From Vicugna vicugna (taxonomy: Eukaryota), in assembly GCA_013265495.1 (NCBI GenBank), contig MU058824.1:558001-622000 (forward strand): a DNA stretch of 64,000 nucleotides. The letters are read 5' to 3'. The notes under the pieces are model-generated. The model was not told the DNA's origin, ran no database searches, and was given only the letters and a program-made list of their open reading frames with translations. Of this stretch, positions 53,010-64,000 are shown in pieces. Positions within the stretch are counted from its first letter, which is position 1. Each line of letters begins with the position of its first letter. A program made the translations under genes and the position numbers.

Positions 53010-54260
53010 TTTAATGATTTAATGTATTAACTATTTTAAGGTTTAACTTTTGAAAAGGTAATGCATTCACATGATTCAAACAACAAAATGTTCAGAAATA
53101 AAAAGTTTCCCTTCCACTCCTGTCCCCCATCTACTCAGTTCCACCCTTTCAGAGTTTTTAAATGCGTATCCAAGCCAATACAAATATAAATTCTGTTTTC
53201 CTTTCCTTTTTTATACAAATAGAAACTTCTTCGTATTATTCTGTCTTTTTCACTTTAACAGTGTAGCTTGGAGTTCTTTCCGTAACAGTGGAAAAATATT
53301 TAAGGGATATCTCACTTTAACAATATGTCTTGGAGATCTCTTCTACATCATTGTGTGGACATAGCATCACTTATTTAACCAGTTCCATGTTGATGGACAT
53401 TTGGGAAATTTTCAGCCTTTTGCTGTTACAAACAATGCAGCAGTAAATACTCTTGTTACGTAGATCATTTCACAGTTGTGCAAATATATTTATAGGGTAA
53501 ATTCCTAGAAGTGGAAATACTGACCAAAGGGTGTATCTCATAGTAGTTTTATAGGTACTAACAAATTGCTCTCCATAGAGGCTGTACAGTTTTTACCCCC
53601 ACCAGAAACGTGCAGGAGTACCTGATTACCTATATTTGTGCCAACAAAATGTTGTTGAACTTTAGGATTTTTTTCCAGTATAAGGTGTGAAAATTGTTAT
53701 CTTAGTGTAGTTTTTAAAAATTTCTTTTTGTGAGTGAGTTTGAATAATTTTTCATATGTTTAGGAGCCATTTGTATTTCTTTTTCTCTGAAGTGTCTCAT
53801 ATTCTTTGCCTATTTGGGGTGAGGTTTGTATGAAAATTACCTTGTGGCTGACGTTTATAATAATGGAGGTTTGCCCTTTGTAAAATGAGTTGCAATAATT
53901 CTTCCTCAGTTTGTCGTTTGTCTTTGCTTGTGGTCTTTTGCGTGTAGATTTTTCTAAAATGTAGTTGAATTCGTCAGTCTTCTCTTTTATAACTTCTGGG
54001 TTTTGTGCCATAGAAAAGCCTGCTCCACTACAAGGTTGCAAAAGAATTCTCTCATGTTGTCTTCTACTACTACTTTTATGGCTTAAATTTTCCACATAAA
54101 TTTTTCATGCATTTTTCTTGGTGTGTGGTGTGAGGAATAGGTCCAAATTAATTTTTTTGCAAATTCTGTTTTCCAAATTTCCAAATTCTTTTTTTTCTAA
54201 ATTTCCAAACTCAGTTGCCCCAACACTATTTGTGAATAGTCCGTCTTTACATTGTTTTGC
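53010..54260 (-). mobile_element. Old L1 (L1ME/MB-like) 3' portion
   Basis: gttgatggacatttggg...ttttgctgttacaaacaatgcagc...taaattcctagaagtggaa. Confidence 0.85.
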
Positions 54261-55285
54261 TTCTTATTAGAAACAAATTGATTCATCTGCCTTATTTTTT
54301 CACACCTCCTTTGCTGTGGCTGAATATATAGGCAATTCTCTGTTTCCCTTCCTATAGAATACCTTCTTTACTGTCAGAGATGTCGTAGCCTGCTGACCTG
54401 CTTGCCTTCTGCTTGCCTCAGCAACACAGCAGCCTGTCAGCCAGTTAATATTTGAATGAATGCAGGCTGCTCAGAGAGCTCTCCAGGACTTTCCACTGAG
54501 CAACAGTGGGCTAAAAAGAAATCCTAAATATATTCAGGTTGCTTAGAAGACTGTTCAAACCAGAAATGTCTTCTAGCTCTCTTTCGCCAAGCTAACCAAG
54601 TATTCTGGGAGCTGAGATCCGCTACCTGGGTCTTTTACTCCCAAGGCAGTTTGCTTCAGATTGCTTCCTTCTGTGCAGCTTCGTATCATCTGCCACCTCT
54701 GCTTTGTCTGACAATATACATTTGGAGTAGGAAACTGTAATATGCCAAAAAAGTGGTTTGGATTCCCTGTCATGCAGTGACCAGCTCCAGAACCTCATTT
54801 ACTGGGAAGGTGATTTGGGGAACATGCATCCTCAATTTGAACCAGCAAACAGAGTAAGTTTTTTCATCTAGGGAATCTAAGGAAAACCCAGCATTTTTCT
54901 GCTTAGAAGAGTGTCCAAGCAGGCAGCTGAAACTGAATTTACTTGATACCCTTACTAGCACTTTCTAGGCGACTTGGGCTAGTTTTATAGCTACTTGATA
55001 AACACTTCCTTCCACTTTGAACCATTGCCTCAGTGATGTTTCCCTTTCAGACTTGCCTGTCCTTTATTAGTGAACCTTTTTGAGGAATCATATTTCTTAT
55101 CTCTGCCTTCAGACTTTCCCCTGATGCTGGTAGTATACTCTTTGTCCAATAACAATTTGACTTAGTTATTTTGGCCAAAACCAATTTTGCCCAAATATAA
55201 TTTGGTTGAAAACAAACTGGTCAACCGGACAATCTGGTTAAAACAATGATTTGGTAAAAAGTGAATATCCGAAGTTACTAATTTT

Positions 55286-55934
55286 TTTAAACTTTTTTTT
55301 ATTGAGTTATAGTCATTTTACAATGTTGTGTCAAATTCCAATGTAGAGCACAATTTTTCTGTTATACATGAACATACGTATATTCATTGTCACAGTTTTT
55401 TTTTTGCTGTGAGCTACCACAAGATCTTGCATATATTTCCCTGTGCTATACAGTATAACTATACAGTATACTCTTATTTATCTATTCTACATATGCCTGT
55501 CAGTATCTACAAATTTTGAAATCCCAGTCTGTCCCTTCCCACCCCCTGCCCCCTTGGCAACCACAAGTTTGTATTCTATGTCTATGAGTCTGTTTCTGTT
55601 TTGTATTTATTTATTTATTTAAGATTTCACAAATGAGTGATCTCATATGGTATTTTTCTTTCTCTTTCTGGCTAACTTTACTTAGAATGACATTCTCCAG
55701 GAACATCCATGTTGCTGCCAATGGCGTTATGTTGTTGGTTTTTATGGCTGAGTAGTATTCCATTGTATAAATATACCACATCTTCTTTATCCAGTCATCT
55801 ATTGATGGACATTTAGGCTGTTTCCATGTCTTGGCTATTGTAAATACTGCTGTTGTGAACACTGGGGTGCAGGTATCTTTTTGAAGTAGGGCTCCTTCTG
55901 GATATATGCCCAGGAGCAGGATTATGGGGTCACA
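55286..55934 (-). mobile_element. Relatively young 5'-truncated LINE-1 (ORF2 C-terminus, 3'UTR, polyA) with 14-bp target-site duplication
   Basis: ORF 55611-55862 (IAKTWKQPKCPSIDDWIKKMWYIYTMEYYSAIK) is the L1 ORF2 C-terminus. Flanks aagttactaatttt (55272-85) and aagttattaatttt (55935-48). Confidence 0.93.
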
Positions 55935-55948
55935 AAGTTATTAATTTT

Positions 55949-56070
55949 GGAAGGATAGGTTATTAGATTTATTTATTTATTCAATAGAGGCATTGGGGGT
56001 TGAACCCAAGACCTTGTGCATGCTAAGCATGTACTCTACCACTGAACTATACCCACCCCCCCACCCCCCC
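55949..56070 (-). mobile_element. tRNA-derived SINE (camelid Vic-1-like)
   Basis: Sense GTATAGTTCAGTGGTAGAG (A box)...GGTTCAACCCC (B box), followed by an AATA-rich tail. Confidence 0.8.
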
Positions 56071-57259
56071 AGGAAAGCTTGATCTTAACTACAAGGCAAT
56101 AAGAGGTAAATTGGAACAACCAAAATATTGAGTGATAAGATAAAACCATGTTTCCTTTATTGTTTTTTTCCCATCATTAAAAAGGCAGTGCTTGTGCAGT
56201 ACAGGACACTCAGAAAAATGCAGATAAGGAGTAGAAGGACAAAAGGAAAAAAAAGCCATAAATTAATTCACCCAGGAATAACCACTGTTGTCCTTCCTGT
56301 CTTTTCAAATGCATTTTCTACACATACACTGTGTATACTGTTTGTACTCTGCCATTATTTAAGCGTTCTCTAGTTATTGGTTAGTCACTTCTGTGCAGGA
56401 TTAGGCTTTCGTTCCCTTCTGCCTTTCATCCTGCAGCTGTGGGCCAGTCCACCTTAACTGGGAACAGACTGCCATTTTCTTTTTCCTTTTGTCCCTCAAG
56501 CCTGCTGAGATCCACAACTAGCCTGGGCCTCGAAGACCCCTCTGCCTCCTTTAAGTGAGGCAGTTTGTAACTGATGCCATTCTGCCAGCCCTTTCTATGG
56601 ATTTATAAAAGGGGCTCTGTGGAACTCTGATTGTATATGAAATAATTTTTGGAATTCATTCTTGACATATATTATTTTTATACCTATATAAATTAGATGG
56701 GGTAGTAAAGAGAGGGGAGGGATTAGATTGTGTCCCCATCAAAATAAAAGTAAGGAGACATTGTGGCAGAGATTATCATTGGAGGGAAATTATTTAAAGA
56801 GATTTCCCCTAAATCAGGGTTGGCAAATATGTGCTATGTGTTGTGCCCAAACCTAAGTACATGGTAGACATCACCAGTCAGTCATGGTGCTATTACTCAT
56901 TGGATCCAAACTGAGATTTGGATCTTTCTTGAAATGGGATTCTAGGTAGCTGTACCTATTGGAGTTGCTATGACAAATATATTTATCACTCTTGCTCTAA
57001 AACATTACATTAAAGTTTTTTAATAGTGTATTGACTAAGAAAATTATAATAAAATGTTTTATAACTGATAAAAATGTTTATGATGATAAATAAGGAATGT
57101 GAGCAAAGAGTAATTATCTGAATTTTGGGCAAAGCATATGGCTCATAGTTAATATCTTGAAAGCAGCGTAATAAATCACAGGTTTGTTACCAAGTGAAAA
57201 CAATGTCACAATAATACTCATCATTATAACCTGTCCATGGTATGGTCATGGTGATTGAC

Positions 57260-57750
57260 TGACTATCTAGCATTCATTCCACCCCTGATGATAAATCTAA
57301 GCAATCATGGTTAATCCCATTTTCTTTGCCAGTGAAGGGTTAGGAATGGCCTGTAGCCTATTCTGGACAATGCAATGTGAAGGGAGTCTGGAGGAGGGTC
57401 AAGTGCTTCTTGGAAAGGATTACTTGTCCCTAAAAAGAGGTAAAAGAAAGAGATGGTGTCTCTTCTTCCTTTGATGACGTTACATCTGAATACAATGGCT
57501 GGAGCTGCTCAAGACATCTTAGGGGTAATGAGAGAAACTAGCTTTGGAGGAAGCTGATCTAGAAGACAGCAAAACAGAGTGGTAGAAGAAAACCTGTGCT
57601 CTTGATGACCTTACTGGACTGCTGATTGCATTGTACTCGGTCTGCCTTACCTCCGAACTTCCAGTTCTGTGAGATAATACAGTTCCTTATTGTGTAAGCC
57701 AGCATGATCTGGGATTTTGTCGCTTGCAGCCAAAATGCATTCTGAGAGAT
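57260..57750. mobile_element. MLT1 (ERVL-MaLR) solo LTR
   Basis: End region acctccgaacttccagttctgtgagataata...ttgtcgcttgcagccaaaatgcattctgagagata. Confidence 0.75.
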
Positions 57751-57881
57751 ATATTCACTTTGTCCCAAGCAGATTAATGTCAGGCGGTTTTGATTTTATT
57801 TTGATAGATTTCCTTTTATTGGGTCTCTTCCTTCCCCTGTTTTCTGGCTTCAGAAAGTAGGTGCACATTCTAACAGGCCAC

Positions 57882-58019
57882 TTTTTTTTTTTACTTTATT
57901 ATTTTTTGGGGGGGAGGTAATTTATTCTATTTTATTTTTAGAGGAGGTACTTGGGATGAACCCAAGACCTTGTGCATGCTAAGCACGTGCTCTACCACTT
58001 GAGCTATGCCCTGTCCCCC
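57882..58019 (-). mobile_element. tRNA-derived SINE (same family)
   Basis: Sense GGGCATAGCTCAAGTGGTAGAGCACGTGCTTAGCATGCACAAGGTCTTGGGTTCATCCC..., A-rich tail; similar to the 55949-56070 copy. Confidence 0.85.
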
Positions 58020-60709
58020 TAGCAGGTGAGTTCTTGTCTCAGTCTTCTCTAAGGAGCTCTGCCTTAGACCAGGGTTCTTCACAGAAAGCAGCAAGGAGCC
58101 AGCCAGCACCCACCATCTCTTTTGGAGCCTTTTAGATCGTTAGGATATCTGGTGGTGTGACTGCTTCAGCTTGTCATTCATTCTTTCTTTTCCTGATTCT
58201 TATTTTGATTTCTCTCTGGATCTTGGTCCCAGTTCTTGCATGTTTTGCATCTTAGACCTGGTCTCAAGATCGTTTAGTAGATTTATTTTCTTCTCTTCCT
58301 TCTCCCGTGAGCCTCTCATTTCCTTTATCTCTCTCATCTACTCCTATCTCACTTTGCGACTTTATGGCCAGTGGGGGCTACTCTAAGATGTATATAATCT
58401 TTGTCAGAAGTAGTAGTGAGTTAAGTAATCACACAACTCTTTGCTCTAGGCTGGTATGGCACAAAGGAAGGGTAGGTCAGTCCTCGGTCCAATAGAACAA
58501 GTAGCACCAGAAACATCTAGGGGTCAGGGCACTTGAATCTTCATTATGACATCACTATTTGCCACCTGAAATCTTGGGCAAGTCACTTAAAGACACTGAA
58601 TTTCTTCTTTGGAATTTGTTTCTAATTGTTCAGCTTTTCCATAGTATAAATGTGAGTCAAATGATGTGAACATGGCAAATGAAGAAAAACTTTTTTCAGA
58701 AAAAGAATATGCAAGCTTGGTTGGATTTTCTGATGAACTACGTCTCTTTGATTAGAGTCCAAGTCTCTAGAATCAGCTCTGTGTATCTTGTTAATCTGTA
58801 AAAAGGCAACACAATATAACATGGGATAGAATAATACAAGTAATCAGGGATTGAAGTTGATATTTTAGTGGTAGATTACAGCCTGAAATAAGAAAGGGCC
58901 ATACAATACGAAGGGGAAATAAAGGTCGAGATGTCAATCTTGAGGCTTATTTCTAGTTCAACTAGAAATTCTGGTAAGCCAAGTTAGGGGAAGGAGAAAC
59001 CAGTAGAAGAAATACCCCCCTCTAGTGGCGAGGATCCAGGTTCTACACCCAGTTGCTAGGTTAGGTGACTGAGGAGTAGACCACTTTTTAGGATGTTTTT
59101 TGTTTCTTAAGAAGTACCCTGAGGAGCCAGAGTTAAAATTCTTAAGATCATTAGTTCTAGATTTCCTGAGCAGGAAAATTAACACATTTCATAGAATAAG
59201 CAGTACTTTGGCAGCCTCATGTGGGACGGATTGTCTGAAGAATGTAGAGGCTCCAGTTGTCGGAAGAGGTTCACAGTTTACTTTTATGTAGGCCATTTAG
59301 AGACCAGAGAATTAGGACACTATTGTTACTAAGTTTCTTATTGATCTGAGATGATATAGTAAGTAAGTTTATAAACCCATTTATAGGGAGACAAAACCTG
59401 TATTCAAAGTTATGGCCTTAGTGCCATTGACTAGTAATCATCTATATTTATGCAAAATATGACTGGACTTCCTAAGTATAATTTTTTATTTGAAATTTTT
59501 AGTGATGATCACGAGAACAAAATGCTTAGTTTATATCTTGGAAGTGATTTAATTGCTACCAATGGAAAGATAGTGAAATTAAGTATATTAAAATAACTTA
59601 TTACCCACAATTCAGTGGCTTGGTAGGGACACCTAATGCATTCTTGAAGGCCATCTCAAGGATGTATGTTATTGAGGATAGTAATTGCAAGAGATTATTA
59701 CATTTGCAAATCTCAAAAGTTCATTTAAGTTTTTACTGTTTGAATTTCTGTTTGGGAAGAATTCTTTTAAGTTACTTAAAGATCTCCGAAGAGGCAAAAT
59801 TTCAGAGAATAAAATTTTTATGGTACTCCATCTTAACTAAGGAAAATTTGAATACCATTCAAATCCAATACAGAAAAGAATGATTATGGCACAAGAAGAT
59901 AAATTTTGGTATAAGACTGCATTATCAGAATGCCATTTCTTTATATTTAATGTCAAACTTCCTTGCTCTGAAGGAAAGAAATTTGAAGCTTGCAGAAGAA
60001 GTAGCCTCTCAGTAATTTGGAATATGTTTAATGATGTTTCTTTGAAATAAAACTGGAAAAATTCTTTAGAAAATGCAAACTTGTACATGGGTAAAGTGAG
60101 ATTATAGCGTTATGAAATTAACTTTTGTGTATAACTTGTAGAACTGATATCCTTACTTTATGGTTATACTTCATAAATACATTTGATTTCAGGAAAGAAG
60201 AAGTAGGTCTGGCAGTAGATCAGGACCCACCTATTGGGGAAAACCAGAAAATAGGAGGAAGAGGTTATTAATGGTTCGTTCTTAGCTGAGAGAAATTCAG
60301 TATGGAATAATTAAGATCAGCTAGAGAAAGAATTATGGTTATGTTAAGTGAGTTCACAGATATTGTTGAAGGCAAATCCGTTAGAACTGATTTGTTAATA
60401 TATATGGGGGCAATAAACCAATTAAATTGCCTCTTTACTGTATTAGTGTGACAGTAGTAGATATCTGGAGGGAAGTGAAATGGATGATAAGGTTAGTGGT
60501 AATTAGACCGTCTTCATTAAATCCTAGCACTAAAGAGGTACTATATACATTAGTGATAGCTTAATTCTATAAATAAGATATGATGATAAAAATTGATATA
60601 ATGTTGGCATTGCTAAAGTTAGGCAAGTACTGATTTGTGTAAAGGGTTACAGCAACTGGTCATGAATAAAGAGCCCAGGCTCCAAACCTCATTTGAAATT
60701 CCAGATAAA

Positions 60710-60950
60710 ATATAAGAATAACAGTTCACGTTTATGTGGGATTTATAGTATTCTGAGTATTTACACATACATGATCTCATTTGATTCTTATCAGAACTCT
60801 GGGGGCAGTAGTTCAGGTCTGATTATCCCATTTTTACAAATAAGGCAGTGGAGGCTCAGAGAGTCTAACCAACTTACTAAAGAGCAATAGGGCCAAAATG
60901 ACAGGAGCGGGACTTTAAACCATGATTACCTTACCAGAATGCCTTTGTTC
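60710..60950 (-). mobile_element. MIR SINE
   Basis: atctcatttgattctta...attatcccatttttacaaataagg...gaggctcagagag. Confidence 0.75.
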
Positions 60951-60952
60951 AC

Positions 60953-61466
60953 TGTATTGGTTTCCTATGGTTGCTGTAACAAATTACCACAAACTGGGTG
61001 GCATACACAGAAATTTATTTCCTCACAGTTCTGGAGGCCAGAAGTCTGAAATCAAGGTGTTGTCAGGGCTACCCTCCCTCCAGAGGATCTAGGGGAGAAT
61101 TCATTCTTTGCCTCTTTCAGCTTTTGGTGGCTGTTGGCACTTCTAGGCTTGTAATCATCTCACTCCAGTCTCTGCCTCCATGGTCACATAGCCTCCTCCT
61201 TCTCTGTCCTGTCTCTTTTCTTCTTACGCCTATCTCAAATCTGTCTTTCCCTTTCTCTTATAAGGACTGATTCTTACAAGGGCTGACTTTAAGACTCCAC
61301 TTGTCATTGGATTTACGGCCTACCTAGATAAGCCAGGATGATTCCTCATCTCAAGAGTGTTAATTACACCTGCAAAGGCCCTTTATTCAAATAAGGTTAC
61401 ATTCACAGTTTCCAGCCAGTTAGACATGTACATATCTTTTCAGGGACCACCAATTCAATCTACTAA
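60953..61466. mobile_element. MLT1B/C-like solo LTR
   Basis: tgtattggtttcctatggttgctgtaacaaattaccacaaact...acagttctggaggccagaagtctgaaatcaaggtgt...aattcaatctacta. Confidence 0.88.
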
Positions 61467-63139
61467 TTCATTATATGCCATTTGATTCTATATCTTCCTT
61501 TGGATTGAAGAAATAATCTTCTGTCTGAAGAGGGGCATGTGGGCTAGATAACTTTTAGCTAGTATGTAGAGAGGACCATTTAAAATATTTCTGCTTGGTG
61601 CTAAAAGCTTAGTAATGAGGATTCAACAAACACAAGAGTTCCACCAAATTGTTACGCAAGCTTTGCATGTGCAGAACTATAAAAAATGGGACTAAATTAA
61701 GTTAAAATAACATCCAGCTATTTATGATTTATTGACTTTTTTTGTTTCTTGTATAACTGGGCTATGTGTGTATGTGTGATGTATTTTGGTAATGGTTTGA
61801 GTCAATAGGATAGATTCTTTACATCACACAGGCATTCCAATTTGGGTCCATGTATATAAGGCAAGGGACTTGATATGTCTTATTCACAGTTAAATCCCCA
61901 GTGCAGTGTGGTTGGTGACACATAGGTGTGCTCAAACAATTTGCTGAATGAATGAAATAACTTTTTATGACATCCTAACCAGGCAGCCACAAGTCCCCAT
62001 ACTGTTTCACTTTTTGGAGGGTCCTGAATAACAGTAAGATCTGTTTGTGGTAGGAGAGTCCTCACTGACTTCAAGGGATTCCACTGTGAGTCTGTTTACT
62101 CTTGATAGAACTTACAACTTTTTCTTCTCTGATAATGTTCGCTGTAGGCCAAAAAACTATTGTCATTGCCTTGTTCACGTTAATAAAGATTAACCAATGA
62201 GATTACTTCTGTCTATCAGTTCACTTCTCCCTTGCATGGAGCTCGGGTACCATTAGGGATGTTCTGGTGGGCTCGTCCCGCCAGCTCTTCAGGTCATCAG
62301 TGCTGCACATTAAGCTCTGGGAAGGGAACAGGCTTTGTCCTCTCAAAAGTCTGCCGAGTTCTGACTCTCAGATACAGCGTTCATTGTTAACAGATAGAAA
62401 TCGGGTGACTCAAACTATGTGCCATGTGCCATGTGCCATGTGTTATTTCAAATGCTGCTTCCAACCAACCTTAGAAGCTAAGTACTGTCATCATCCCTGT
62501 TTTACAGAGGCGCAAAGAAGTTCAGTACTTGTTCAAGTTCACACCAAGATTCGAACCCAGGTAGTCTTACTTCAGAGCCTCCATTCTTAACCGTGTCCAA
62601 TGCCAGCCTCATGCTCATTCATTTGTAAGTAACCTGTTCTTTCTTTCTAAAAGCTTATATTTTTAATTTATTCTTAAACTTTGGAAATTTCACGAAGATA
62701 TGTCTAAATGTGTGCCTTTTTTTCATTTATCCTTCCTGTCATTCAGTGAGTGCTTTTGGTCTAACAACTCTAGTCTCCTCCTGAGGGACGTTTTCTTGCA
62801 CTATGTTTTGAGTATTGCGTTCTCCAGTGTGATTTTTGCTCTCCCTCTAGAACTTCTTTTATTTACAAGTAGGCCTCCTAGTCCTGCCCTCTGGTTCTCT
62901 CTCTCTCTCTTTTTTTTTCATTCAGGAATTCCATTTCTTTTTATTTTTGCCCTGGATAGTGTGATAACTCATTCACTTGCTTTTCCAAATAACGAATTTT
63001 TCTTCAGAAAGAAATTTTTCTTTTACTTTTTACTTCCTAATTTCAAATTTGTAAGTTATAAATCATGTTTAAAGAATTTCCCTGTCTATTATTTTGTGCT
63101 GGTTATTTTTTTTGCATTCAGTATCATATAAATACACTA

Positions 63140-63370
63140 TAACCAAGTAAACCCAGTTTTTTTTAGATATGTGAGGCTGTTTCAACATTAGGAAATATTA
63201 ATGTACTGTATCACTTCAGTAGATCAAGGGAAAAAAATCTTAGGGTAATTTCCACAGACATTGTAAAGGTATTTGATAAATCAGTATCCATTCTCGATTA
63301 AAAGAAAAAACCAGAACAGCTCTTGGTAACCCAGGAATTGAGGGATACTTCCTTAATAGCCATTGTCATA
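63140..63370 (+). mobile_element. Degenerate L1 ORF2 (RT region) fragment
   Basis: ttcaacattaggaaat...aaaggtatttgataaa...aggaattgagggatacttcctt. Confidence 0.65.
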
Positions 63371-63439
63371 CTTAACTTTGAAATATTTAAGCATTATTTC
63401 CCAAGTGTACTCCTCTGAATGGTGGATCTGGTGTTTTAT

Positions 63440-63870
63440 ATATTAGTTAGGTGTATTAGGGTAAAGCAAGGTGTTATAACAAACACCAACATCTTAGCAA
63501 CTTAACACAATAGAAACTTATTTCTCCATCACGTAATAGTCCATTGTGGATGTTTCTGCTTGATAAGACAGTTTTTCTCTCTATGGTGATTCTGGGACTC
63601 GAATTCCTTGCATCATGTAGCTCTCCCTTTCCCTGCGGCCTTGAAATCTTCTGTTTCTAGCTGGTGAAAAAGCAAAGATATGGTGGAGAATGCATACTGT
63701 CTTCATAGTTGCTTTAGCTTGGATGTGACACACGTTTCTCCTTACATTCCCTTATTCCATTAGCCAGACAGGTGACCTCTCCTGTCTGTAAAGTGTGTGA
63801 GTGGTGGGGGAGGGGAATGGGAAATAGTATCTGGCTGGGCAGCTACAAGTAGGGAAATAGGTAGGCATCT
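63440..63870. mobile_element. Old MLT1-like LTR
   Basis: tattagttagg...ataacaaacacc...acttaacacaatagaaacttatttctc. Confidence 0.6.
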
Positions 63871-64000
63871 GTAGTTGGCAGGAGAAGGTATGACCATCTG
63901 AATGGAGGACACTGTGGTAATGTCTGTGAAATTAAAAATATACATATCTTTTGACCTTAAAACTCCACTTCTAGCAGTTTTTCCTGCAGATGTATTTGCA

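Noticed and set aside
55611..55862. 83-aa ORF (and the 117-aa ORF at 4321-4674) as independent genes
   Set aside because: Both are L1 ORF2 C-terminal remnants.
57940..58019. tRNA-Ala-like sequence (also at ~55985-56055)
   Set aside because: Imperfect cloverleaf, A-rich tail and two diverged copies indicate a SINE, not a tRNA gene.
1..64000. Prokaryotic-type systems (CRISPR, operons, defence islands) or a second protein-coding gene
   Set aside because: The sequence is mammalian; I could support no repeat-spacer array and no additional coding exons.

Overview
Mammalian genomic DNA containing the complete NR4A3 (NOR-1, nuclear receptor 4A3) gene on the minus strand. The tRNA-derived SINEs and young L1 fragments look camelid-like (inference). 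The gene has non-coding exons 1-2, a 72-nt cassette exon and six coding exons of 975, 130, 173, 200, 179 and 248 nt. All introns are GT-AG, and the exons join into an intact 634-aa ORF followed by a ~3 kb 3'UTR. The CpG-island promoter carries a CRE cluster, and a second CpG island lies ~2 kb upstream. The rest is intronic or intergenic DNA with MIR, L2, L1, CR1, MER5 and MLT1 repeats. I see no new multi-gene system. The best leads are post-transcriptional. (1) The spliced 5' leader is stop-free and in frame with the main ORF from an ACG in strong Kozak context, 2 nt after a uORF stop (possible 66-aa N-terminal extension). (2) The intron-5 read-through ('beta') tail carries a premature stop. 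(3) Two microsatellites form a 25-bp hairpin in the 3'UTR. Comparisons with human sequence and repeat subfamily names are from recall and need database confirmation.
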